NCBI GenBank assembly: GCA_028715785.1
Contig: JAQURC010000008.1
Span: 1-63,646 of the forward strand
Origin: Candidatus Omnitrophota bacterium
Lineage (GTDB): Bacteria > Omnitrophota > Gorgyraeia > Gygaellales > Profunditerraquicolaceae
Direction of reading: 5' to 3'
DNA length: 63,646 nt
The notes under the pieces are model-generated. The model did not search any database and was not told the origin of the DNA. It saw only the letters and a list, made by a program, of their open reading frames with translations. Numbering within the stretch: the stretch's first letter is position 1; the number at the start of each line of letters is the position of its first letter. The translations under genes were made by a program, and so were the position numbers. Shown here piece by piece: positions 14,532 through 24,709 of the stretch.

Positions 14532-16166
14532 ATGGCTAAATTCATCTTTATAACCGGCGGTGTGATCTCAAGCTTAGGCAAAGGCATAGCTTCTGCTTCT
14601 ATCGGTAAGATCCTGGAATCCCGCGGCCTCAAAGTCACATTAATGAAGCTGGATCCTTATATCAATGTCGATCCGGGGACGATGAATCCCTATCAGCACG
14701 GAGAGGTTTATGTTACTGATGATGGCGCAGAAACCGATTTAGACCTGGGCCATTATGAGAGATTCACAAAAGCGGTGATGACCAAGTTTAATAATGCTAC
14801 TACCGGCCAGGTTTATAATACGGTAATTTCACGTGAGCGCCGGGGGGATTATTTAGGTAAAACCATCCAGGTTATCCCCCATATTACAGGTGAAATAAAG
14901 GACAGGATCAAAAAAGTTGCCCAAGTCAGCCAGGCAGATATTGTTTTGATCGAGGTCGGCGGGACCGTCGGGGATATTGAAAGCCTCCCTTTTTTAGAAG
15001 CAGCGCGGCAGTTTGAATTAGATGCCGGAGAAAAAAATGTCCTCTATATCCACCTTACTTTGGTTCCTTACATAAAGGTCGCCGATGAAATCAAGACTAA
15101 GCCTACCCAGCATAGCGTGCAGACTTTACGCCAAATCGGCATCCAGCCGGATATTTTAATCTGCCGCACGGAAAAAACACTTTCCGATGATGTCAAAGAA
15201 AAAATATCCTTATTCTGCAATGTGAGGAAGGAAGCGGTGATTGAGTCTTTAGACGTGGAATCGATTTATCAGGTCCCGTTGGTTTTTAAGGGCCAGATCC
15301 TTGATGAAATAATCTTAAGCCATTTTGGCCTGATCTCCAAGCCGTCCGATTTAAAGGATTGGGAGAAGAATGTAGTCGAGCGCCTGTTTTCCCCCAAGAG
15401 GACGGTTCAGGTGGCCGTGGTGGGTAAATATATCGGTTTACAGGACGCCTATAAATCTATCTACGAAGCAATTATCCACGGCGGTATCAATAACCAGGTG
15501 AAGGTAGAGATCAAAAAGGTTGATTCTGAAGATATTGAGAAGCATGGGGCCCAAAAGCTGCTGGATGGAGTGGATGCAATTTTAGTTCCCGGAGGGTTTG
15601 GGTGCAGGGGAATTGAAGGCAAGATTAAAGCCATTGGTTTTGCGCGAAAAAATAAAATTCCTTTCTTAGGGATCTGCCTGGGGATGCAGTGCGCGGTAAT
15701 GGATTTTGCGCGCGCTATCTGCGGGTTAAAAGATGCCAATTCCACCGAATTCAAACCCAAGGCCAAGAATCCCGTAATTAATCTTTTAAGCGAGCAAAAA
15801 AATATTAAAGATATGGGCGGCACGATGCGCCTGGGCGCCTATCCCTGTAAAATAAAAAAGAATACTTTAGCCGCCAGGGTTTATCAGAAAAGCCTTATTT
15901 TTGAGCGGCATCGCCACAGGTATGAATTTAATAACAAATTCCGTAAAAGATTAGAATGCAGAGGAGTGGTTTTTTCCGGAATTTATCAGAAGAAAAATTT
16001 GGTTGAGATCGTGGAATTGAAAAACCATCCGTATTTTATTGCCGTGCAATTTCACCCCGAATTTAAATCCAAACCCGATGCGGCGCACCCGTTGTTCAGG
16101 GAGTTTATCCGCGCTGCGATAGAGAAAAATAAATATGCAGGCACTTCTTGTCTTAGAGGACGGTAA
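14532..16166 (+). CDS. pyrG: CTP synthase
   Basis: Begins [18 protein letters not shown] and has GICLGMQ in the glutaminase domain. Confidence 0.95.
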   Translation: MAKFIFITGGVISSLGKGIASASIGKILESRGLKVTLMKLDPYINVDPGTMNPYQHGEVYVTDDGAETDLDLGHYERFTKAVMTKFNNATTGQVYNTVISRERRGDYLGKTIQVIPHITGEIKDRIKKVAQVSQADIVLIEVGGTVGDIESLPFLEAARQFELDAGEKNVLYIHLTLVPYIKVADEIKTKPTQHSVQTLRQIGIQPDILICRTEKTLSDDVKEKISLFCNVRKEAVIESLDVESIYQVPLVFKGQILDEIILSHFGLISKPSDLKDWEKNVVERLFSPKRTVQVAVVGKYIGLQDAYKSIYEAIIHGGINNQVKVEIKKVDSEDIEKHGAQKLLDGVDAILVPGGFGCRGIEGKIKAIGFARKNKIPFLGICLGMQCAVMDFARAICGLKDANSTEFKPKAKNPVINLLSEQKNIKDMGGTMRLGAYPCKIKKNTLAARVYQKSLIFERHRHRYEFNNKFRKRLECRGVVFSGIYQKKNLVEIVELKNHPYFIAVQFHPEFKSKPDAAHPLFREFIRAAIEKNKYAGTSCLRGR

Positions 16167-17220
16167 AATATTCAAAGGCCGCTCTTTTGGCGCAAGCGGC
16201 CAAGCCCTGGGAGAAGTTGTTTTTAACACCAGCATGGCCGGATACCAGGAGATTATTACCGATCCTTCATATAAGGGCCAGATTGTAGCCATGACCTATC
16301 CTTTGATCGGCAATTACGGGATTAATAAGGAAGACGCAGAAAGCCGCAAGCCTTTTTTAGAAGGTTTTGTGGTTAAAGAGTGCAGCAAACTGGCCAGCAA
16401 CTGGAGAAAAGACCGGGATCTGGGGGATTATTTAAAAGAAAATAATATTTTGGCAATCGAAGGAATCGATACGCGGGCGCTGACTTTGCATATAAGGGAA
16501 AAGGGCGCAATGAAGGCAATCTTATCTACGCAGGATCTAGACGAGCTGAGCCTGGTGGATAAAGCAAGAAAAAGCCGCGGTTTGGTGGGTTTGGATTTAG
16601 TTAAAGAAGTCGCCATCCCCAAGAAATATGTTTATTCGCAGTCTAAAGAGAACAAATACAAGGTCGTAGTTTTAGATTGCGGGGTTAAGTTCAATACCTT
16701 AAAAGAATTAAAGCATCTTCAATGCAATGTCACGGTCGTGCCTGCCTGGACAACTTATCAGGAAATCCTTGAAGAAAATCCCGACGGGGTTTTGCTGTCT
16801 AACGGCCCCGGAGACCCGGCCGCAGTCGGTTACGTGATTAAGGCCGTGGCCAATCTCATCGGCAAAGTTCCGCTTTTTGGGATCTGCCTGGGGCATCAGG
16901 TGCTTGGGCTTGCCTTGGGCGGCTCAACCTATAAACTCAAATTTGGCCATCACGGAGCAAACCATCCGGTAAAAGACTTAAGGACAGGCAGGGTTTCGAT
17001 AACCTGCCAGAATCACGGGTTCTGCGTGGATATCGATTCGCTGAATAAAAAAGATATTGAGCTGACTCATGTGAATTTAAATGACGGCACCTCAGAGGGC
17101 TTGGCCCATAAAAAGCTGCCTTTATTTTCCGTGCAGTTTCATCCTGAAGCATCTCCCGGGCCGCACGATGCGGGGTATTTGTTTGGGAAATTTATCGAGA
17201 TGATACGAGAGTCGAAATAG
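16135..17220 (+). CDS. carA: carbamoyl-phosphate synthase small subunit
   Basis: Begins [11 protein letters not shown] and has the GICLGHQ glutaminase motif. Confidence 0.95.
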   Translation: MQALLVLEDGKIFKGRSFGASGQALGEVVFNTSMAGYQEIITDPSYKGQIVAMTYPLIGNYGINKEDAESRKPFLEGFVVKECSKLASNWRKDRDLGDYLKENNILAIEGIDTRALTLHIREKGAMKAILSTQDLDELSLVDKARKSRGLVGLDLVKEVAIPKKYVYSQSKENKYKVVVLDCGVKFNTLKELKHLQCNVTVVPAWTTYQEILEENPDGVLLSNGPGDPAAVGYVIKAVANLIGKVPLFGICLGHQVLGLALGGSTYKLKFGHHGANHPVKDLRTGRVSITCQNHGFCVDIDSLNKKDIELTHVNLNDGTSEGLAHKKLPLFSVQFHPEASPGPHDAGYLFGKFIEMIRESK

Positions 17221-17221
17221 C

Positions 17222-17350
17222 TGTGTAATGTGTAAAGTGTAATGCGTAATGCGAGTGTAAAGTAACTATGTGTAATGGAAAAACAAAGATTTTTGCATTA
17301 CACAATTGACCATTACACCAACATCACACGTTACACATTAAACATTACAC
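17222..17350. repeat. heptamer-built hairpin (TGTAATG arm / CATTACA arm), copy 1, between carA and carB
   Basis: The left arm is a run of TGTAATG/TGTAAAG/CGTAATG units and the right arm a run of CATTACA units, around an AAACAAAGATTTTT loop. Confidence 0.85.
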
Positions 17351-17359
17351 AAAAGACAT

Positions 17360-19021
17360 ATGCCTAAACGCAAAGATATTAAAAAAATACTGATTATTGG
17401 TTCTGGCCCGATCGTTATCGGCCAGGCCTGTGAATTTGATTATTCCGGCACCCAGGCCTGCAAGGTTTTAAAGCAGGAAGGGTATAAGATAATCCTGGTT
17501 AACTCCAACCCGGCCACAATCATGACGGATCCGGAGGTTGCCGATAAGACCTATATTGAGCCGATTACCGCAGAGATGGTCGAAGATATTATTGCCAAAG
17601 AAAGGCCGGACGCGCTCTTACCTACATTGGGAGGGCAGACTGCTTTGAATACGACCGTGGAGCTGGCGGAAAAAGGCGTGTTAAAAAAATATAAGGTTGA
17701 GACTATCGGGGCAAATATAAAATCGATCAAAAAAGGCGAGGACCGCAAGTTATTCAAGGCGGCGATGAAAAAAATCGGATTAGATTTACCCGGGAGCGGC
17801 CAGGCTTATAATCTAAAGCAAGCCGTAGCTATCGCAGAAAAGATCGGTTTTCCTCTGATTATCCGCCCCAGTTTTACTCTTGGCGGTTCAGGGGGGTCGA
17901 TCGCTTATGATATGGAAGAATTTAAAGTTTTGGCTAAGCGCGGCCTGGAATCCAGTATGATCAGCGAGATTCTGGTTGAAGAATCCGTGATCGGCTGGAA
18001 GGAATTCGAATTGGAGGTTATGCGCGACTTAAAGGATAATGTCGTGGTTATCTGCACCATTGAAAATTTTGACCCTATGGGCGTGCATACCGGAGACAGT
18101 ATTACGGTTGCTCCGATCCAGACGTTGACGGACAGGGAATATCAGGCAATGCGCGATGCTTCTATTGCCTGTATCCGTGAGATCGGCGTGGAAACCGGCG
18201 GCTCCAATATCCAGTTCGCCATTAATCCTGATACCGGCAGAATGGTGATCATCGAGATGAATCCGCGGGTTTCGCGCAGTTCGGCTTTATCTTCCAAAGC
18301 CACCGGGTTTCCTATCGCTAAAATCGCCGCTAAACTTGCCGTAGGTTATACTTTGGATGAAATCCCGAATGATATTACGCGTTCTACCCCGGCTTGTTTT
18401 GAGCCGGCTATCGATTATTGCGTGGTCAAGATACCGCGTTTTACTTTTGAAAAGTTTGCCCTGGCGGATAATACGCTGGGGGTATCAATGAAATCGGTAG
18501 GCGAGGCCATGGCTATCGGCCGCACATTTAAAGAGGCCCTGCAGAAGGGCTTGCGTTCTTTAGAGATCAAGAAGTTTGGTTTAGAGAGTATTATTTTCGA
18601 TAATTTGGGGGATATAAAGATAGATGATGCGATCTTGGAGAAGATTTATCAAAAATTAAAGCAGCCGAATGCGGAGAGGATCTTTTATATCGGCGATGCC
18701 TTCCGCGCCAAATTGGATATGGAAACAATCCATAATTTAACCAAAATTGACCGCTGGTTTTTGAATAACATCAAAGAGATCGTTGATTGCGAGAAAGAGC
18801 TGGTTGAGAATAAAAATAATCTAACCCATGAATTACTGAAGCGCGCCAAGGAGTATGGTTTTAGCGACAGGCAATTAGCTAAAATTTTATCTTTAGAAGA
18901 GCCGAATGTTTACAACCTGAGAAAATCCATGGGTATAACCGCGGAATTTAAGCTGGTGGATACATGCGCCGCAGAATTTAAGGCCTACACCCCGTATTTT
19001 TATTCGACTTACGATAAATAA
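17360..19021 (+). CDS. carB: carbamoyl-phosphate synthase large subunit, N-terminal half only (split carB)
   Basis: Has [24 protein letters not shown] and one ATP-grasp unit plus the oligomerisation region. It ends with a clean stop at 553 aa, whereas full-length CarB is about 1070 aa. Confidence 0.9.
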   Translation: MPKRKDIKKILIIGSGPIVIGQACEFDYSGTQACKVLKQEGYKIILVNSNPATIMTDPEVADKTYIEPITAEMVEDIIAKERPDALLPTLGGQTALNTTVELAEKGVLKKYKVETIGANIKSIKKGEDRKLFKAAMKKIGLDLPGSGQAYNLKQAVAIAEKIGFPLIIRPSFTLGGSGGSIAYDMEEFKVLAKRGLESSMISEILVEESVIGWKEFELEVMRDLKDNVVVICTIENFDPMGVHTGDSITVAPIQTLTDREYQAMRDASIACIREIGVETGGSNIQFAINPDTGRMVIIEMNPRVSRSSALSSKATGFPIAKIAAKLAVGYTLDEIPNDITRSTPACFEPAIDYCVVKIPRFTFEKFALADNTLGVSMKSVGEAMAIGRTFKEALQKGLRSLEIKKFGLESIIFDNLGDIKIDDAILEKIYQKLKQPNAERIFYIGDAFRAKLDMETIHNLTKIDRWFLNNIKEIVDCEKELVENKNNLTHELLKRAKEYGFSDRQLAKILSLEEPNVYNLRKSMGITAEFKLVDTCAAEFKAYTPYFYSTYDK

Positions 19022-19056
19022 AGTTTATCTATTTTATAAATGAGCTGACCTAAGAT

Positions 19057-20583
19057 ATGGTTAAAAAGACAGGTTTTGATAACCAGAAGTACCTTAAAGA
19101 CCAGACTGCTGCTATTGTTGAAAGGGTCAAGAAATTTGACAACAAGCTCTACCTTGAGTTTGGGGGCAAGCTTTGTTTTGATTTTCACGCCGCCCGCGTC
19201 CTGCCCGGTTATGACCCTAATGTAAAGATAAGATTGTTGCAGTGTTTAAAAGATAAGATCGATATCGTATTGTCTATATATGCGGCGGATATTGAAAAGG
19301 GAAGGGTGCGCGGGGATTTTGGAATTACCTATGACGCGGCGACCTTTAAATTAATCGATGATTTAAGGAAATGGGGCTTGGATATTTTAGCGGTTGTAAT
19401 TACGCGTTTTGCCAACCAGCCTTCGGCAGTGATATTCAAGAATAAATTGGAGCGCCGCGGGGTCAAAGTCTATCTGCATTATCCTATCCAGGGTTATCCT
19501 GCCGATGTAGACGCGATTGTCAGTGAAAATGGCTTTGGAAAGAACGATTATATCCAGACTAAAAATCCTATTGTCGTAGTTACCGCTCCCGGGCCCAACA
19601 GCGGCAAGCTCTCGACCTGTCTTTCCCAGTTATTCCATGAGCATAAGCGCGGGATAAATGCCGGTTACGCGAAATTTGAAACATTCCCTATCTGGAACCT
19701 GCCGTTGAAACATCCTGTGAATATCGCATATGAGGCGGCTACCGCCGATATACAGGATTTTAACCTGGTAGACCCGTTCCATCTGAATAAATATAACAAA
19801 ACCGCAATCAATTATAACCGCGATGTGGAAAGTTTCCCGATCCTCAAGCTTATTTTAAGCAAGATCTATGCGCAGAATTATAATTTTCCCACGTATAATT
19901 CTCCTACTGATATGGGGGTTAATTGCGCGGGTTTGGGGATAGTTGACGATAAGGCAGTGCAGGATGCGGCTAAGCAGGAACTTATCCGCAGGTATTTCAG
20001 GTATAACAGCGAATACGTTTTAGGCATTGAAAAAAAAGAAACCGTAGACAGGGTAGTTTTGCTTATGGAGGAGATGGGGGTCAAGGTTACTGACCGGCTG
20101 GTTGTAGAAAAAGCAAGGGAAGCGGCGGAGCAGGCAGAAAAGGCGGAAAAGGGCCATGAAGGCATATATTGCGCGGCAGCGATCCAGTTAAATGACGGAC
20201 AGATTATTACCGGGAAAAATTCCAAGCTTCTGCATGCCGCATCAAGCCTGGTTATAAATGCGGTTAAGGTCCTTGCGCATATACCCGATGAAATACTTCT
20301 TTTAAGTCCGCATATTATCAATCAAATCGCTGAATTAAAAGAAGAGATCTTGAAAGCGGATTCAGAAAGTTTGGATCTGGAAGAATGTTTAATTGCTTTA
20401 TCCATAAGCGCGGCTACTAATCATACCGCAGAGCTGGCAATGAAAAAACTTAGCGAATTAAGGGGATGCCAGATGCATATGACGCATATTCCTACACCGG
20501 GAGATGAAGTGGGCCTAAAGCGGCTGGGAGTAAATCTCACCACTGATGGAAAATTCTCTTCGCGCAATCTTTTTATAACCTAA
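19057..20583 (+). CDS. DUF1846/UPF0371 family protein
   Basis: About 500 aa, beginning FDNQKYLKDQTAAI.., typical of UPF0371. This family call is from memory only. Confidence 0.65.
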   Translation: MVKKTGFDNQKYLKDQTAAIVERVKKFDNKLYLEFGGKLCFDFHAARVLPGYDPNVKIRLLQCLKDKIDIVLSIYAADIEKGRVRGDFGITYDAATFKLIDDLRKWGLDILAVVITRFANQPSAVIFKNKLERRGVKVYLHYPIQGYPADVDAIVSENGFGKNDYIQTKNPIVVVTAPGPNSGKLSTCLSQLFHEHKRGINAGYAKFETFPIWNLPLKHPVNIAYEAATADIQDFNLVDPFHLNKYNKTAINYNRDVESFPILKLILSKIYAQNYNFPTYNSPTDMGVNCAGLGIVDDKAVQDAAKQELIRRYFRYNSEYVLGIEKKETVDRVVLLMEEMGVKVTDRLVVEKAREAAEQAEKAEKGHEGIYCAAAIQLNDGQIITGKNSKLLHAASSLVINAVKVLAHIPDEILLLSPHIINQIAELKEEILKADSESLDLEECLIALSISAATNHTAELAMKKLSELRGCQMHMTHIPTPGDEVGLKRLGVNLTTDGKFSSRNLFIT

Positions 20584-20597
20584 AATCAGCGTTACTT

Positions 20598-21992
20598 ATG
20601 TCAATTAAGATAAAATTTCTGGGAGGCGTAAAGACTGTTACCGGGTCCAGCCATCTGATTTGCGCCGGTAAGACCGAAGTCCTTCTTGACGCCGGCCTTT
20701 TTCAGGGCCATCGCGATGCCTTCTATGAGGTCAATACGACTTTCCATTATAACCCGCGCACGATTAAGGCCATGGTTTTATCCCACGCCCATATTGACCA
20801 TTGTGGCAACATCCCCAATTTGATCAAGCAGGGGCTGCGCTGCAAGATTTATACTACTTCGGCAACCCGGGATCTGGCTGACCTTATGCTCATTGATTCC
20901 GGAAAGATCCAGGAAGAAGATGTGCGCTACGTGAACAAAATCAACCAGCGTATAAATATGCCTTTACGTAAACCGCTGTATACGGCAAAGGAGGCGTCCC
21001 GGGCCACTAAAATTTTCCGCCCCATTGCTTATAACCAGAAGTTTTGCATTGCCAGGGATGTTTGCGCCACCATCCTGGATGCAGGGCATATTTTAGGTTC
21101 AGGGACCGTTGTCCTGGATATCAAAGACGGGCAGAGTTCTTTGCGCCTGGGTTATGCGGTGGATTTGGGAAGAAAAAATCTTCCTCTTCTGGGGGATCCG
21201 GTAATTCCCAAGGGGCTTGATTATCTGATTATGGAGTCCACTTATGGCGGCCGCCTGCACCGGCCAATCGAAGAGGCGCAGTCAAAATTAAGAGAAGCGA
21301 TCTCGCGCGCGGTAAGGCGCGGAGGAAAGGTGCTTATTCCTTCCTTTACCCTGGAGCGCACGCAGGAGGTAATTTATTTCCTGAATGAATTACTTAAGGA
21401 TAAGCTCATACCTTCGGTGCCTATTTATGTGGACAGCCCGCTGGCTACCAGTATTACCGATCTTTTTGAGTACCATATCGATTTTTTAAATGATAAGACC
21501 AAACGGGCATTTGATAAGGGGGATAACCCGTTTGAATTATTGAACTTGCGTTTTATCCGCGACCAAAAAGAATCCAAGGCCTTAAATATCGATAAGCGGC
21601 CGATGATTATTATTGCCGGAAGCGGCATGTGCGAATCCGGAAGGATACTGCATCATCTGCAGAATAATATCGAGGACACGCGGAATATGGTTTTGGTTGT
21701 CGGATACATGGCGGCCGATACCTTAGGCAGGAGGATAGTTGAGAAAAATCCTTTTGTGAAAATATTCGGCGTAGAGTATGAACTTAACGCGGAGGTAGTG
21801 GTGATCAACGCTTTTTCCGGGCACGCCGACCAGACGGAATTATTGGATTTTGTCTCCGGATGCCTTCCGCTTAAGCGTATTTTTCTGGTGCACGGAGAAG
21901 TTGAACAATCCCAGGCCCTTGCCGGTATATTGACACAAAGGGGGCTGGATGTGCGTATCCCGGAAAAGGACGAAGAAGTATTGCTTAATTAA
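20598..21992 (+). CDS. MBL-fold beta-CASP ribonuclease (CPSF/RNase J-like)
   Basis: Contains LSHAHIDHCG, has beta-CASP length, and carries a C-terminal GHAD motif. Confidence 0.8.
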   Translation: MSIKIKFLGGVKTVTGSSHLICAGKTEVLLDAGLFQGHRDAFYEVNTTFHYNPRTIKAMVLSHAHIDHCGNIPNLIKQGLRCKIYTTSATRDLADLMLIDSGKIQEEDVRYVNKINQRINMPLRKPLYTAKEASRATKIFRPIAYNQKFCIARDVCATILDAGHILGSGTVVLDIKDGQSSLRLGYAVDLGRKNLPLLGDPVIPKGLDYLIMESTYGGRLHRPIEEAQSKLREAISRAVRRGGKVLIPSFTLERTQEVIYFLNELLKDKLIPSVPIYVDSPLATSITDLFEYHIDFLNDKTKRAFDKGDNPFELLNLRFIRDQKESKALNIDKRPMIIIAGSGMCESGRILHHLQNNIEDTRNMVLVVGYMAADTLGRRIVEKNPFVKIFGVEYELNAEVVVINAFSGHADQTELLDFVSGCLPLKRIFLVHGEVEQSQALAGILTQRGLDVRIPEKDEEVLLN

Positions 21993-22098
21993 TATTTTTG
22001 TGGTAACATTATTTCTTGCCTATTTTGTTGGCAAGGAAACTCCTGTCCGCATACGCTCACAGGGATTTTACTGAAAAAAATTTAACGGAGGAATTAAA

Positions 22099-22347
22099 AT
22101 GATCGGTGGTTTTTCTACTCCCAAAAAAGATAAAGCGCTTAAATCCAGCGGCGGAAAGCTGGTTAAGACCGGAGAGATCCTGGTGCGCGGCGTGGATACC
22201 TATAAAGCCGGCGTAAATGTCCGCGGGCCGGGCACTTTGTTTGCCCTTTGTCCGGGCAAGGTTTATTTTACCCGCAAGAAGACCAGCCATGGCCAGCTGC
22301 GCACATTTGTCAATGTTGCCCCGCTTGCCAAGACAGCCAAGAAATAA
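22099..22347 (+). CDS. rpmA: ribosomal protein L27-like, with a divergent N-terminus
   Basis: The core GEILVRGVDTYKAGVNVRGPGTLFALCPGKVYF aligns with the L27 pattern ILVxQRGTxxxxGxNVGxGxDxTLFAxxxGxVxF. GGAGG lies 8 nt upstream of the ATG. Confidence 0.7.
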   Translation: MIGGFSTPKKDKALKSSGGKLVKTGEILVRGVDTYKAGVNVRGPGTLFALCPGKVYFTRKKTSHGQLRTFVNVAPLAKTAKK

Positions 22348-22349
22348 AA

Positions 22350-23438
22350 ATGGCTGATACTATAGCCAAAAGTTATTCTCACCATAAGTACGCTTTAAGT
22401 ATCATTGACACAGTTTATAGCATAACCCTGCTCCTGATTTTCTTGGGATCAGGGTTTTCTTTATCTCTTGAGGCATTCCTTAAAAGTATCAATCTGCCCG
22501 GTTACCTGCTGCCTGGGGCATTTCTTCTGATCAGTTCGCTATTATATTATGTATTGAATCTGCCGCTTAATTTCTATACTGGTTTTATTCTGGAGCATAA
22601 ATTCAACCTGACTAAGCAGAAGGCAGGGGCCTGGTGGATAGATCAATTAAAATCCGCGGTATTGGGGTATATAATTCTTTTGATACTGGTTGTTTCTTTT
22701 TATTGGGTCTTGGGCAAGTTTATCCACTGGTGGCTGGTAATCTCGGTTTTTTGGATATTTTTTAGCGTGGTTTTAGCCAGGTTAACCCCGATCTTAATTA
22801 TCCCGTTATTTTTTAAATATAAGAAACTTGATGATGAGCTTCTGCGCCAAAGGATCTTTAATTTAGCCGCGAAAATGCGGGTTAAGTTATTGGATGTTTT
22901 TGAAATCGATTTTAGTAAAAAAACGCTCAAGGCCAACGCGGCATTTACCGGGATGGGTAAGACCAGGCGCGTGCTTTTGGCAGATACCTTAAGAGACAAA
23001 TACAGCCATGATGAGATCGAAGTGATTTTGGCGCATGAGTTTGCCCATTACCGGCTGGGCCATATTATAAAGTTGATCATTGTGAATTCACTGGCAACGT
23101 TAGGGTTATTTTACCTGGTTTTTAGGACCAGCATACCTGCTTTAGCGGTATTTAAATTGCATTCTCTTGCGCAGTTGGCCGGCCTGCCGCTGGTCTTTCT
23201 CTATTTTATATTATTTGGGATTATTACGCAGCCCCTGGAAGCCTTTATCAGCCGGCGATTTGAGAGAGAAGCCGATAATTTAGCGCTTAAAGCAACCGGC
23301 GCAAAAGAGGCATTTATTTCGTTGATGGAGAAGCTGGCTAACCAAAATCTTGCCGATAGGAATCCGCATCCGCTGATTAAGTTTTTCTTTTTTACCCACC
23401 CGCCGATTGACGAACGGATAAAATTAGCTGAGAAATAA
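22350..23438 (+). CDS. M48 family (Ste24/HtpX-like) membrane zinc metallopeptidase
   Basis: Contains the HEFAH zinc motif and several hydrophobic segments. The start is set at ATG 22350 (MADTIAK), just after the L27 stop. Confidence 0.8.
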   Translation: MADTIAKSYSHHKYALSIIDTVYSITLLLIFLGSGFSLSLEAFLKSINLPGYLLPGAFLLISSLLYYVLNLPLNFYTGFILEHKFNLTKQKAGAWWIDQLKSAVLGYIILLILVVSFYWVLGKFIHWWLVISVFWIFFSVVLARLTPILIIPLFFKYKKLDDELLRQRIFNLAAKMRVKLLDVFEIDFSKKTLKANAAFTGMGKTRRVLLADTLRDKYSHDEIEVILAHEFAHYRLGHIIKLIIVNSLATLGLFYLVFRTSIPALAVFKLHSLAQLAGLPLVFLYFILFGIITQPLEAFISRRFEREADNLALKATGAKEAFISLMEKLANQNLADRNPHPLIKFFFFTHPPIDERIKLAEK

Positions 23439-23520
23439 AGGGGACGCTCTATTTTTTATCCACAGAGCAGCTGACGTTTAAACGTCAGCTACAAAGTACA
23501 GAAAAATAGGAATAGTCCCT
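23437..23520 (+). repeat. REP-1 element, copy 2 (degenerate outer stem), between the convergent M48 peptidase and lpxB genes
   Basis: It has the same inner sequence, with GCAG in place of GTAG. The right end overlaps the lpxB stop codon by 2 nt. Confidence 0.85.
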
Positions 23521-24709
23521 AGTTTTTCTGCAGGAATTCAAGGATTAGCTTGGCTGCGCGCCCTGCCGCGCCAGGTTGACCCAGGGAATCTTTTACTGCT
23601 TTTAGATCCTGGCTCATGCGGTTGGCAGAGAGAGGATCTTGTAGAAGTTCGATCATTGATTTGGAAATTATTTTAGGCCGGGCGCCAAACTGGATAAACT
23701 CCGGAACGATTTTTCTTCCCGCCACGATATTGACCATGCCGATATAGGGGATTTTTATTTGCGGCCGGTAAAGCAGGTAGTTTAAGATATTAGTTTTGTA
23801 TACGATTACAAAAGGCTTCTGCATAATTGCCGCTTCCAAGGTGGCGGTCCCGGAGCAGACGATGCTTGCCTGGGCGATATTCAGGCAATCGTAAGTCAAG
23901 CCGTCAATAATTTTGAAGTCCAAATTGAATTTTTTACATTCATCCCAATATAGCTGTTGATCTAAATTCGGGGCTTTAGCGATAATAAATTGCGCCTGCG
24001 GGATTGCCTTATTGATCAGGGCTGCCGCCTTAAGCATTAAAGGCAGGATTATTTTTATTTCTTGTTTCCGTGATCCGGGGAGCAGGGCAATAATTTTTTT
24101 GGACGGGTCAATCCGGAAATTATTTGCAAATTCCTGTTTTTCTAGAGCAGGTTTTACCAGGTCTATTAATGGATGTCCAACGCAGGCTGCCTGGATTCCC
24201 CGCTGTTTGTAAAACTCTTCTTCAAATTTAAAAAGCACAACCATCATCGAGATAAATTTTTTTATGCAATTTATCCTGCTTTCCCTTGAGGCCCAAAGCT
24301 GCGGGCTGACATAATAAATAACCGGTATGCGTTTATTGATGGTTCGACCTTGCTCACCATCAATCCTGAGCGTAGTCGAAGGATTGACCGCTTTGGCCAG
24401 GCGCAGGTTAAAACCGGAAAAATCGACCAGGATTACGGCATCCGGTTTATCGGCATCGATTTTGCTTAAAATTATTTTTTTTAACTCAAAGAATTTCGGC
24501 AGTTTCTTTAAGACATCGAATAACCCCATGACCGCAAGCCCTTGGATATCGTAGAAAATTTCGCATCCGGCTTTGGCTAAACGCGCTCCTCCTGCGCCGG
24601 ATATTTTTATATCCGGTTCAAGATTTTTAATTGCGCCGACCAGGTTTGCGGCCAAAAGGTCGCCGGAAGGCTCGCCGCAAACAATAAATATTTTTTTTAT
24701 CTGTGCCAT
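23519..24709 (-). CDS. lpxB: lipid-A-disaccharide synthase
   Basis: Contains IFIVCGEPSGD and YYVSPQLWASR, and aligns along its full length with the LpxB architecture. Confidence 0.9.
   Translation of the reverse strand: MAQIKKIFIVCGEPSGDLLAANLVGAIKNLEPDIKISGAGGARLAKAGCEIFYDIQGLAVMGLFDVLKKLPKFFELKKIILSKIDADKPDAVILVDFSGFNLRLAKAVNPSTTLRIDGEQGRTINKRIPVIYYVSPQLWASRESRINCIKKFISMMVVLFKFEEEFYKQRGIQAACVGHPLIDLVKPALEKQEFANNFRIDPSKKIIALLPGSRKQEIKIILPLMLKAAALINKAIPQAQFIIAKAPNLDQQLYWDECKKFNLDFKIIDGLTYDCLNIAQASIVCSGTATLEAAIMQKPFVIVYKTNILNYLLYRPQIKIPYIGMVNIVAGRKIVPEFIQFGARPKIISKSMIELLQDPLSANRMSQDLKAVKDSLGQPGAAGRAAKLILEFLQKN

Noticed and set aside
17360-19021. carB as a truncated pseudogene.
   Set aside because: The ORF is intact, ends at the natural domain boundary and resembles known split CarB genes. 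It is kept as a CDS, but the second half still needs to be found.
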